From Alphaproteobacteria bacterium (GTDB taxonomy: Bacteria; Pseudomonadota; Alphaproteobacteria; Bin95): a stretch of DNA of 64,000 nucleotides. Positions 21,961 to 30,414 of this stretch are shown here, piece after piece. The stretch covers positions 3,136,001 to 3,200,000 of the forward strand of contig CBDBGH010000003.1 of assembly GCA_965205265.1 (NCBI GenBank), written 5' to 3'. The position numbers were made by a program, and so were the translations under genes. Each line of letters begins with the position of its first letter. Within the stretch, counting starts at the first letter, position 1. The notes below the pieces were generated by a model, which was not told the origin of the DNA, did not search any database, and saw only the letters and a program-made list of their open reading frames with translations.

Positions 21961-23096
21961 CGGCGGTCCTCCAGGCGGGCGGACACGGTGCGGGCCAGCA
22001 GCTTGATCTCGGTGCGCAGATCCTCCGTCAGTTCGCTGCGCCCCGCCCGCAGCTCATCGCGCATCTGCAGGAGCGCCGAATCCAGGCTCGCGATATGCCG
22101 GCGGGTGGTCTCGTCCATGCCGCCGCGCTGCCCGGTTTCCAGCAGCCGGCGCAACAGCGTCTGGGTCTCGATCTGCTCTTCCGCGAGCCGGGCATGGGCA
22201 GCCTGGCTGGTACTCAGCTGTTCGGCGAGGCCGGCCAGCGTCTCCGACAGGGCCTCGAGATTGCGGTTCACCGAATGGCGGCCCTCTTCCGCCCTGCCGA
22301 CGATGCGGCGCAGGTCCTCCAGGTTCTCCGCCGTGGTTTCGAGCAGCGCCTGGATGTAGGTCGGCACCGAATGGTCGCCGTCCACGAAGCCCGGGCCGCT
22401 GGTGCCGAGGCGGGTGAGCGAGGACAGCCACTCCTCCAGTTCGTTCACGAACCGGCTCGACGCCTGCGACGCCTGGAGGTCGAGGAATCCGAGCACCAGC
22501 GCCCCGGACAGCCCGAACAGCGAGGAGCTGAACGCCGTGCCCATGCCCGCCAGCGGCGCATCGAGGCCGGATTTGAGTTCTTCGAAGACGCCGGTGAGGC
22601 TGCCCGCGGCAATCTCCAGCCCGCCTATGACATCGCCTATGGCGGAGACCGTCTGGATGAGGCCCCAGAAGGTGCCGATGAGGCCGAGGAAGATGAGCAG
22701 CCCGGCAAGGTAGCGCGCCGTCTCGCTCGCCTCGTCGACGCGCGAGGCCACGCCGTCGAGGATCGAGCGCATGGAGACGGCCGAGAACCGCACCGGGGCT
22801 TCCGAGGAAAAGGCCGTGGCGAGCGTCGCCAGCAATTGCGGCCGCGCGGGTTCCGGCGCACCGCGGCCGGGCGCGGGGCCCTGGATCGAGCGTATCCACG
22901 CGATTTCCCGGAACAGCCGCAGCACATGGCGGAAATTATAGGCGATGCCGATCGACAGCACGCCGAGGATCAGGCCGTTCAGGGCCGGATTGGCCATGAA
23001 TGCGTCCGCGACCGGGCCGAACAGCAGCGCCGTCGCCGCAACGACCACCGCGACGAACACGGCCATCCGTATCAGATACTGGGTCGGACGGGTCAT
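21957..23096 (-). CDS. MotA/TolQ/ExbB-like membrane protein with coiled-coil C-terminus
   Basis: [53 protein letters not shown]. Confidence 0.85.
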   Translation of the reverse strand: MTRPTQYLIRMAVFVAVVVAATALLFGPVADAFMANPALNGLILGVLSIGIAYNFRHVLRLFREIAWIRSIQGPAPGRGAPEPARPQLLATLATAFSSEAPVRFSAVSMRSILDGVASRVDEASETARYLAGLLIFLGLIGTFWGLIQTVSAIGDVIGGLEIAAGSLTGVFEELKSGLDAPLAGMGTAFSSSLFGLSGALVLGFLDLQASQASSRFVNELEEWLSSLTRLGTSGPGFVDGDHSVPTYIQALLETTAENLEDLRRIVGRAEEGRHSVNRNLEALSETLAGLAEQLSTSQAAHARLAEEQIETQTLLRRLLETGQRGGMDETTRRHIASLDSALLQMRDELRAGRSELTEDLRTEIKLLARTVSARLEDRR

Positions 23097-23145
23097 GGTT
23101 CCCGGTCGATCCCTGCCGGGCGGCCCGCTTTTTCAGCCCGGTTCT

Positions 23146-24690
23146 TCAACTTCGCCCGACCGGGACGACATCGACGCGCGCCCCGGCCTCCCCGCCGGCG
23201 CCTGCCGCCCGCGCCACGATGCGGGCCTCCGGCACGCCGGCAGCGATCAGCAGGCGGCGGACTTCCATGGCGCGCGACAACGCTTCGCGCCGGGCCTCGA
23301 CGCCGTCGCGTTCGGCGGAGCCGGAATAAGCGCGGATCTCGACACCGGTCCCGCTGCTTCGGACGAGCCTTGCGGCAAGGCTGCCGAGCCGTGCGCGGTC
23401 CTCCGCGCCGAGAACCGTTCCGCCCGCTTCGTAGAAGAACGTCTCGGACGGCATACCCGTCCCGACCGGCGCGGCGATCGCCGCGAGGCCGGGCGCATCG
23501 AGCACCAGCGCCCGGCGCCGCGTTTCGGGCGCGCCGGCCCCGGACTCGGCGGGAGGCGGCAGGACACCGGCCCCGGACGCTCCGGTCGCCGGGGGCGGCG
23601 GCGGCAACCCGCCTGCAGGCGCCGGTGAAGCGGTGGCGCTGCGGGGCGCATCCGTCGCCGGAGCCGGGGGCGGCAGGCGGAACCGCATTTCGAACCCGGC
23701 GGACATTGCGGCGCCGCTTTCCGTTCGGCGCGGCTGGATCGGCCGGGGCGTCGGCAGTTTCGCCCGAAGCGGTTGCTCCGGGCGAGCCGCGCCGTTCGTC
23801 TCGTTGGCGCGGTTCAGGAACGCCTGGAGCGTCGGGGTTGCCTCTGTCTTCCCGGCAGGCGTGCGGCGCACGGGCAAGGCGGCGACCCGCGCCGGCTCGG
23901 CCGATGCGGCCGGCGCGGGCGCTGCCGGCTTCGACAAGGGTGGGGTCGATGGTCCGGCGGCCGTTTCGGGCTGTAAGTCAGCAGCGGGCGCGACCGGCGG
24001 GTCGGCGCGCCGGGCCGATGGCGGCGTTTGCGCTTCCGGCTCCAAGTCCCCAGCAGACACGGCCGCCAGTTCCGGCGTATCCGGCAGCGCCGGAGGCTGC
24101 GCCTCGGGCGGCGGGGCAACGCGCTCGGGCGAAGGCAGCGTTGGCGCTTCCGGCTGCAAGTCCGCAGCAGGGGCGGCCGCCAGTTCCGGCGTGTCCGGCA
24201 GCGCCGGAGGCTGCGCCTCGGGCAGCGGGGCGACGCGCTCGGGCCGAGGCGGCGTTTGCGTCTCCGGATGCAAAGCCTCGGCGGGAACGGCTGCCAGTTC
24301 CGTCGAGTCCGGCGGCACCGGAGGCTGTGTTTCGGATGCCGGGTCCGGAACAGGCGCAGCCGGCGGCTCGGGACGCGCTTCCGCCATGGGCGGGGCCGGC
24401 GGGTCGTAGCGCTCGGGCAAGGCCGGCGGCTCCGGCTGCGGAACGCTGAGGGTCAGATATCGCCGGGCCCGGCGGTCCTGCCTGCGCAACGCGCTCCGCC
24501 GGCGGTCCGCCGACAGGTTGTCGATCACGCCGAAATCGACGGTCACGGACGGCTTCCTGCTTTCGCCGCTCTTCCAGCGCGCCCCGCCGCTGTCGATTAC
24601 CAGCATGTCCTGCGCATCGGCGCGCCAGGCGGCCGTGAGGAGCAGAACCAGCGCCACTGCCGCTCGTGGAATGCCTCGGTAGCGCGCCAT
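23146..24690 (-). CDS. exported Pro/Ala-rich protein with C-terminal OmpA-like domain
   Basis: Signal peptide, VTVDFGVID, long Pro-rich linker, EIRAYS...ARREALSRAMEVRRLLIAAGVPEARI...RVDV. Confidence 0.75.
   Translation of the reverse strand: MARYRGIPRAAVALVLLLTAAWRADAQDMLVIDSGGARWKSGESRKPSVTVDFGVIDNLSADRRRSALRRQDRRARRYLTLSVPQPEPPALPERYDPPAPPMAEARPEPPAAPVPDPASETQPPVPPDSTELAAVPAEALHPETQTPPRPERVAPLPEAQPPALPDTPELAAAPAADLQPEAPTLPSPERVAPPPEAQPPALPDTPELAAVSAGDLEPEAQTPPSARRADPPVAPAADLQPETAAGPSTPPLSKPAAPAPAASAEPARVAALPVRRTPAGKTEATPTLQAFLNRANETNGAARPEQPLRAKLPTPRPIQPRRTESGAAMSAGFEMRFRLPPPAPATDAPRSATASPAPAGGLPPPPPATGASGAGVLPPPAESGAGAPETRRRALVLDAPGLAAIAAPVGTGMPSETFFYEAGGTVLGAEDRARLGSLAARLVRSSGTGVEIRAYSGSAERDGVEARREALSRAMEVRRLLIAAGVPEARIVARAAGAGGEAGARVDVVPVGRS
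23995..24335. repeat. three imperfect 114-bp (38-aa) tandem repeats in OmpA-like gene
   Basis: GG(C/T)GCCAGTTCCG-type block recurs at 24061, 24175, 24289; unit EAQPPALPDTPELAAxxAxDLxPExxTxPxxxRxxPxP. Confidence 0.9.
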
Positions 24691-24729
24691 CTCCCCTTCC
24701 GCTGCAGCGTCGGCAGCATGGCCCGCACT

Positions 24730-25560
24730 CTATGCCGCCCGCCCTGACGGCGCAACCGGAGCGGGCCCCGCCGCCTTCTCCATGAGGCGGAGCAAAGGGC
24801 CGTGCAGGCGGTCGTTGGCGGCAAGGATGTCGCCTGTCTCCAGCATGGTTCCGGACCCGTCGGTATGGGACACCGCGCCGCCGGCTTCGCGCACCAGCAG
24901 CACGCCTGCCGCGATGTCCCACCGGTTGAGGCCCGAATGCCAGAAGCCGTCGAGGCGCCCGTCCGCGACCCAGGCGAGGTCGAGCGCCGCCGCGCCGAGC
25001 CGGCGCAGGCTCGCGCCCGCGCCCTTCAGCGCCGCATGCTGGCGGAGGTAGCGGGCCCTCGCCTCGGCCCCGCCGCCCGCCTCTTCGCCGCTGGCCAGGA
25101 TGCAATGCGTCAGGCGCGTCCGCGCCGAGACGCGCAGCCGCCGGTTGTTCGCATAGGCGCCGACGCCCCGCGCGGCCCAGTAGGTGTCGTCGGTGAGCGG
25201 GTTATAGACGAGCGCGGCAACCGGCTCGCCGTCGCGTTCGAGCGCGATGGATATGCAGAAATGCGGGATGCCGTGCAGGAAATTCCCCGTCCCGTCGAGC
25301 GGATCGACGACCCACCGGTTGCTGGTGTCGGCGCCCGCGACGGCGCCGCTTTCCTCGAGCAGGAAGCCGTATCGCGGCCGCGCGCGCTCCAGCTCCTCGA
25401 CGATCCGGCGTTCGGCCTGCCGGTCCGCGACCGAGACGAAATCGCCCGGCCCCTTCTCCGAAACCTGGAGGTTCTCGACCTCGCCGAAATCGCGCGCGAG
25501 CCCGCGTCCGGCGGCATGCGCCGCCCGCAGCATGACGTTGATTTCGGCCGGGCGGCGCAT
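24730..25560 (-). CDS. suhB: inositol monophosphatase
   Basis: RDFGEVENLQVS.KGPGDFVS, WVVDPLDGT.NF, WDIAAG. Confidence 0.93.
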   Translation of the reverse strand: MRRPAEINVMLRAAHAAGRGLARDFGEVENLQVSEKGPGDFVSVADRQAERRIVEELERARPRYGFLLEESGAVAGADTSNRWVVDPLDGTGNFLHGIPHFCISIALERDGEPVAALVYNPLTDDTYWAARGVGAYANNRRLRVSARTRLTHCILASGEEAGGGAEARARYLRQHAALKGAGASLRRLGAAALDLAWVADGRLDGFWHSGLNRWDIAAGVLLVREAGGAVSHTDGSGTMLETGDILAANDRLHGPLLRLMEKAAGPAPVAPSGRAA

Positions 25561-25566
25561 TCAGGG

Positions 25567-26133
25567 TCAGTCCTTGGCCCGCTCGACATAGCTGAGGTCG
25601 TTCGGGTTCACGACGATGCGCGCGCCGACCTTGATATGCGGCGGCACCATCACCTTCACGCCGTTCTCCAGCAGTGCCGGCTTGTAGGAGGAAGACGCCG
25701 TCTGCCCCTTCACCACGGGCTCCGCCTCCACGACCTCGAGCGAAATCCGCGTCGGCAGTTCGAGGCCGACCGGGCTGCCGTCCACCGTCATCACCTTGAC
25801 CTCCAGCCCGTCCTGGAGGAACGGCGCGCCGTCGCCGACCGTGCCGGCGTCGAGCGAGAACTGGTCGTAGGTCTCGTTATCCATGAAGGTGTAGCCGTCG
25901 GCCTCGGCATAGAGGAACTGGCAGGGCCGCTCTTCCGTCGTCAGCCGCTCCACGCTGTCGGCCGTGCGCCAGCGTTCCTGGGTCTTCACGCCGGTCTTCA
26001 GGTCGCGCATTTCGACGGCGATGAAGGCATTGCCCTTGCCGGGCAGGATCAGGTCGATCTTGATGACGACGCACTGCTTGCCGTCATGCTCGATCACATT
26101 GCCGGGACGGATGGTGTTCGCCTGGATTCGCAT
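25567..26133 (-). CDS. efp: elongation factor P
   Basis: IRPGNVI, PGKG, EPVVKGQTASSSYKPA, VPPHI, YVERA. Confidence 0.96.
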   Translation of the reverse strand: MRIQANTIRPGNVIEHDGKQCVVIKIDLILPGKGNAFIAVEMRDLKTGVKTQERWRTADSVERLTTEERPCQFLYAEADGYTFMDNETYDQFSLDAGTVGDGAPFLQDGLEVKVMTVDGSPVGLELPTRISLEVVEAEPVVKGQTASSSYKPALLENGVKVMVPPHIKVGARIVVNPNDLSYVERAKD

Positions 26134-26314
26134 GCGTGCCCTCGGGCCGGGAAAATCGAGCGCCCTTCTAGCAAGCCGGGCCCGCGCCGACAAATGCGGC
26201 CGGCTTGCCGAGGGCGGGACGACGGGCGGCTGCGGGACGGTGGCAGATCGGCGGAGTCTGCGCTAACCTTCCGGCTGCGGCGCATGCCGGCGCCTACCGG
26301 CCGCGGAACATCCC

Positions 26315-27100
26315 ATGAAACTGACGGATACGCAGCTCGCGCGGTTCCGGGAGGACGGGTTCCTCATTCTCCCGTCGCTGTTCTCGCCCGGGGAGGTCGA
26401 GGTGCTGAAGGCGGAACTGCCGCGCCTGTTCGCCGAGCGCCGGCCGGAGAACTTCCGGGAGAAGCGGAGCGATGCCGTGCGCACGGCCATGGCCCTGCAC
26501 CGGCGCAGCGAGGTCTATGCCCGCCTCGTCCGCCATCCGCGGCTCGTGGAGCCCGCCCGGCAAATCCTGGGCGACGATCTCTACATCCAGCAGGTCAAGG
26601 TGAATGCCAAGGAGGCGTTCTCGGGCGATGTCTGGCAATGGCACTACGATTTCGCCACCCATCGCGGCGAGGACGGCGTGCCGGAGCCGCTCGCGCTCAA
26701 CCTTCACGTGCTGCTCGACGAAGCGACGGAGTTCAACGGGCCGATCGTCTTCATCCGCGGCTCGCACAGGCGCGGGGCCGCGCCGGCGGTGCTGGATACC
26801 GAGACGACGAGCTATCCGCTCTGGGTGGTCGATAACGAGACCGTGGCCGGCCTGGCGGCCGAAGGCGGCCTGGTCGCCGCCAAGGGGCCGCCCGGCACGG
26901 TGCTGATCTTCGGCGACGCGCTGGTGCACGGCTCATCCATCAACATGTCGCCCTGGCCGCGCACGATCTTCTCGCTGATCCTGAACCCGGTCTCCAACGC
27001 ACTGACCCGCCACAAACGGCCGGAGCACCAGCATCACCGCGACCTGACCCCGGTCGCGCCGCTCGACGACGCCTGCCTGCTCGCAGACGCGACCGGGTAA
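26315..27100 (+). CDS. PhyH-family Fe(II)/2-oxoglutarate dioxygenase (ectoine/proline hydroxylase-like)
   Basis: KVNAKEAF.GDVWQWHYD (HxD), NGP, GSH, VHGS..N.SPW.R. Confidence 0.88.
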   Translation: MKLTDTQLARFREDGFLILPSLFSPGEVEVLKAELPRLFAERRPENFREKRSDAVRTAMALHRRSEVYARLVRHPRLVEPARQILGDDLYIQQVKVNAKEAFSGDVWQWHYDFATHRGEDGVPEPLALNLHVLLDEATEFNGPIVFIRGSHRRGAAPAVLDTETTSYPLWVVDNETVAGLAAEGGLVAAKGPPGTVLIFGDALVHGSSINMSPWPRTIFSLILNPVSNALTRHKRPEHQHHRDLTPVAPLDDACLLADATG

Positions 27101-27129
27101 GACGGCCCGGTCCGGCTGTTTCCGGCGCC

Positions 27130-27161
27130 GGGGCGCCGCCGTCCGGGAACGGCGGCGCCCC
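27130..27161. terminator. 13-bp GC hairpin between convergent genes
   Basis: GGGGCGCCGCCGT-CCGGGA-ACGGCGGCGCCCC; no clear U-tract. Confidence 0.55.
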
Positions 27162-27176
27162 GCCCGTTTCGAGCGG

Positions 27177-28811
27177 TCAGGCCTGCGCCGGTTGCGCTTC
27201 GGCTTCCGCCGGTACGGCCGAGCTGTCCTCCTGCAGCGACTTGACGAGGCCGTAGGTCATGAACAGCATGATGACCGAGATCGGCAACGCCGCCGCGATC
27301 GAGGCCGTTTGCAGCGCCTTCAGGCCGCCGGCCGCCAGCAGCGCCGCGGCAACGCAGCCTTCTCCCATGCCCCAGACGATGCGGAAGCGCTGCGGCGGGT
27401 TGTCGTCGCCCATGGACAGCATCGTCGTGATGACCAGCGTGCCCGAGTCCGACGAGGTGATGAACCAGGTCGCCAGCAACAGCGTCGCCAGCGCCGAGAC
27501 GATCCACTGCAACATCGAAATGTCGGTCAGGCGCTCGATGGTGCCGTAGAGCGCCGCCGGCAGGTTCCATGCACGCACCAGGTCGACGATGCCGGCCGTG
27601 CCCGCGCCGCCCTCGGCCATGAGCTCCATATAGATGGCGTTGCCGCCGAACATGCACAGCCAGAAGAACGAGATCGAGGTCGGAACGAACAGCACGCCCA
27701 CCATGAACTGGCGGATCGTGCGGCCGCGGCTGATGCGGGCGATGAACATGCCGACGAAGGGCGCCCAGGAAATCCACCAGCCCCAGTAGAAGATGGTCCA
27801 GCCGCCCTGCCAGGCGATTTCCTTGTCGGTTCCGGCGGTCCAGAAACCCACCGGCACGAAGTTCCAGAGGTAGTCGCCGATGGAAGTGACGAAGAAGCCC
27901 ATCAGCCACTTGAACGGGCCGAAGAACAGGAAGAAGGCCAGCAGCACGATCGAGAGCCAGATATTCCACTCCGAGATGATGCGGATGCCGTTGCCGACGC
28001 CCGAGACCGCCGACAGCGTGGCGACGATCGAGATGACCAGGATAAGCACCAGCTGAGTCGCCAGTCCGGGGTCGATCCCGAACAGCACATTCAGGCCGGT
28101 CGCCATCTGCTGCACGCCGAGGCCGAGCGAGGTGGCGACGCCGAACACCGTGCCGAACACGGCCAGCAGATCGACGCCGTGGCCGATCGGACCGTAGATC
28201 TTGTCGCCGATGACGGGATAAAGCGCCGAACGCAGGGTGAGCGGCAGCTTCTTGCGGAACCCGAAATAGGCCAAGCACAGCCCGATCATCACGTACATCG
28301 CCCAGGCGTGGAAACCCCAGTGGAAGTAGGTGACGCGCATGGCGTGGACCGCACGGTTCACGTCCATGTCGGTCGCGCCGGCGGCATCGGCATGGGGATT
28401 GTTCGGGTATCCCCAGGGCGCGCTGTTGTCGAAGTAGAACATCGGCTCGGCGACGCCGAAGAACAGGATGCCGATGCCGACGCCGGCGGAGAACAGCATG
28501 GCGAACCAGGAAAAATTGCTGAACTCCGGTCGCGACTCGTCGCCCCCGAGACGGATCGAGCCGTGGCGCGAGAACATCAGGAAGATGCAGACGGTCAGAA
28601 ATACCACGCCGATCAGGATGTAGTACCAGGCCAGCGAAGCCTCGACCCAGCCGCGGACCGCCTGGTAGATGCTGCTGGCGAAGTCCACGTTCAGGATCGT
28701 GAACACGACGAAGGCGACGACCATGCCTTTCGCCGCGAATCCCATGCCGCTGTGCAGGCCCTTCATCAGCCCTGCATCGGCCACGAGCGCTTCCCGCCTG
28801 TTCTCCGCCAT
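27177..28811 (-). CDS. BCCT family (betaine/carnitine/choline) transporter
   Basis: SWFAMLFSAGVGIG, FHWGFHAW, WTIFYWGWWISWAPFVGMFIARISRGRT. Confidence 0.96.
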   Translation of the reverse strand: MAENRREALVADAGLMKGLHSGMGFAAKGMVVAFVVFTILNVDFASSIYQAVRGWVEASLAWYYILIGVVFLTVCIFLMFSRHGSIRLGGDESRPEFSNFSWFAMLFSAGVGIGILFFGVAEPMFYFDNSAPWGYPNNPHADAAGATDMDVNRAVHAMRVTYFHWGFHAWAMYVMIGLCLAYFGFRKKLPLTLRSALYPVIGDKIYGPIGHGVDLLAVFGTVFGVATSLGLGVQQMATGLNVLFGIDPGLATQLVLILVISIVATLSAVSGVGNGIRIISEWNIWLSIVLLAFFLFFGPFKWLMGFFVTSIGDYLWNFVPVGFWTAGTDKEIAWQGGWTIFYWGWWISWAPFVGMFIARISRGRTIRQFMVGVLFVPTSISFFWLCMFGGNAIYMELMAEGGAGTAGIVDLVRAWNLPAALYGTIERLTDISMLQWIVSALATLLLATWFITSSDSGTLVITTMLSMGDDNPPQRFRIVWGMGEGCVAAALLAAGGLKALQTASIAAALPISVIMLFMTYGLVKSLQEDSSAVPAEAEAQPAQA

Positions 28812-29029
28812 GACGCCGTCTCCTCTTTCGCTGTCGCGAGGTCCTCCATGAAGCCCTGCCGGTTCGTCGGCAGGCATAACAAACGCGCTCCCTCCCCATG
28901 CTTCGGGAGCGCGGCGACGCCGGTGAATCGACGACTCGAATGCAAGCCTGCACCGGATGGCAGCCGGTCTGCAAGCAAAAATGTCGCACCCGCCGCATGC
29001 CGCCGGGGACAGCGCGGGCCGGGCGCGAC

Positions 29030-29305
29030 CTAACCCGGCCGCGGCCGGCGATAGGTCGTGGAAGACCGCCGGGAGATGTTTGCGATGGTCACCCGCCTGG
29101 AGTCACCGTCAATTTCAAAAAGGATTCTCCACGATCCGACGCGCCGCCGGAACGCGCCGTGGAGCCCTTTCAATTTGCGCACATCGCCGGCAAGCGGATC
29201 GCTCGACATTTCTTCCAGGGCCCGGCGAATTCGCAGGAGATCGGGTCCCGCAATCGAACGAAAGTCTCGTTCAGCCCGCCGCCCTACGACGACCGTCCAA
29301 GTCAT
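29030..29305 (-). CDS. RelE/ParE family toxin
   Basis: RIRRALEEMSSDP..GDVRKLKG...FRRRVGSWRILF...RRSSTTY. Confidence 0.88.
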   Translation of the reverse strand: MTWTVVVGRRAERDFRSIAGPDLLRIRRALEEMSSDPLAGDVRKLKGLHGAFRRRVGSWRILFEIDGDSRRVTIANISRRSSTTYRRPRPG

Positions 29306-29495
29306 TCAAAAGATCGTCCAAAAGAACATAGTCTCCGCTTTGCACGTCTTCTCGCGCCTGCCGCAGGGCCTGCCGGTCCCCCTCGTCCGGTTCCTCTTCG
29401 GGGAACGGCTTCACGCGATTCAGGGCGCTTTCGACATCTTCCGGCAATCCGGTCGAACGATGCGCCGCGTGGGTTTTCGGATTCCTGCCCGCCAA
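29271..29495 (-). CDS. putative antitoxin of the RelE toxin (N-terminus uncertain or degenerate)
   Basis: Small acidic ORF overlapping toxin start; EEEPDEGDRQALRQAREDVQSGDYVLLDDL. Confidence 0.6.
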   Translation of the reverse strand: MAGRNPKTHAAHRSTGLPEDVESALNRVKPFPEEEPDEGDRQALRQAREDVQSGDYVLLDDLLNDLDGRRRAAG

Positions 29496-29671
29496 GATGA
29501 GATTCCATGTCGCGAGTATTGAACATTAGAACATGGGGAGTCGTCCGTTCAAATGAAAATTCCGCCGTGACCCGGCCCCGCCGCCGCCAGGGCCGCGCAC
29601 TGGCGGGCCGGAAGATGCCGGTTTCGAAGCAAGCGGCCCACTCGACCGGAAGCGGAGTGTCGCGAGGCAGC

Positions 29672-29965
29672 CTAGCCAACCGCGGCAGCGCGGGTGGGAA
29701 GTTCGCGAATCGCCGCCCCTGTCTCCCTGTCGGCCTGCGCCAGATCGTATTGGGCCTGAAGGTTCAACCAGAATTGCGGCTCCGACCCGAACCAGTGGCC
29801 CAGGCGCAATGCGGTATCGCCGGTGATCGAGCGCTTGCCGGCGATGATCTGGCCGATCCGGTTCGGGGGCACGCCGATCTGGCGGGCGAGCCCGGTGGGA
29901 GTAACAGCCAGTTCTTCCAACTCGTCCCTGAGGACCTCGCCCGGGTGGACTGCGTTCCCGAACAT
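29672..29965 (-). CDS. higA: HigA family antitoxin (XRE HTH)
   Basis: HPGEVL, LARQIGVPPNRIGQIIAGKRSITGDTALRLGHWFG..QFWLNLQ. Confidence 0.92.
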   Translation of the reverse strand: MFGNAVHPGEVLRDELEELAVTPTGLARQIGVPPNRIGQIIAGKRSITGDTALRLGHWFGSEPQFWLNLQAQYDLAQADRETGAAIRELPTRAAAVG

Positions 29966-29977
29966 CGGCGTGTCCTT

Positions 29978-30050
29978 TCACTCGTGGTAATCGACAATCT
30001 CGACATTGTACGGTCCCGGCCGGCCCAGGCTCCAGCCCCCGCCCCCACTG
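29978..30050 (-). pseudogene. higB: HigB toxin C-terminal remnant
   Basis: GPYNVEIVDYHE* ends 13 bp upstream of higA; rest of gene degenerate or missing. Confidence 0.75.
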
Positions 30051-30110
30051 CGCCGGCCCGGATTCGATGCGGCGCGGTGCAACGGGAAAGCCGGGCGTCT
30101 CCTTCCACCG

Positions 30111-30323
30111 CTACCGCCCGTCCGCGCGATGGCGGCGGAGGCGGGCGAGGCGGCTGTTGCGCTCCAGGCCGTGGCGCTGCAGGAAGCACTGCACCGTGGA
30201 GGCGTTGAACGCCACGCCTTCGGCGGCCAGCGCAGCGCGCAGCGCCCGCCCGGAAATCGCCGGACGCTCCTCCAGGATGCGGAACATGCGCTCCCGCTCG
30301 CGCTCGATCAGCGACGGACGATA
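30111..30323 (-). pseudogene. IS630-like transposase N-terminal (HTH) relic, copy 2
   Basis: YRPSLIERERERMFRILEERPAISGRALRAALAAEGVAFNASTVQCFLQRHGLERNSR; resembles IS630 orfA end; no DDE domain. Confidence 0.6.
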
Positions 30324-30348
30324 GACCCCGGATCAAGTCCAGGGTGAC
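30324..30348. repeat. alphaproteobacterial REP/RPE-like palindrome half-element
   Basis: GACCCCGGATCAAGTCCAGGGTGAC hairpin. Confidence 0.6.
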
Positions 30349-30414
30349 GGCTAGGGGAAGGCGGGAACGCGTGCGGGGGGGGGGGGGAACAGCACAGCCG
30401 AACAGGGCCCGGCC

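Noticed and set aside
23995-24335. Possible CRISPR array
   Set aside because: Contiguous in-frame coding repeats with no unique spacers and no cas genes; no CRISPR array seen anywhere in the window.
29521-29532. LexA box (GAACATTAGAAC; also GTTCATATGTTC at 39043)
   Set aside because: Spacing is N4, whereas the alphaproteobacterial SOS box is GAAC/GTTC-N7-GAAC/GTTC.
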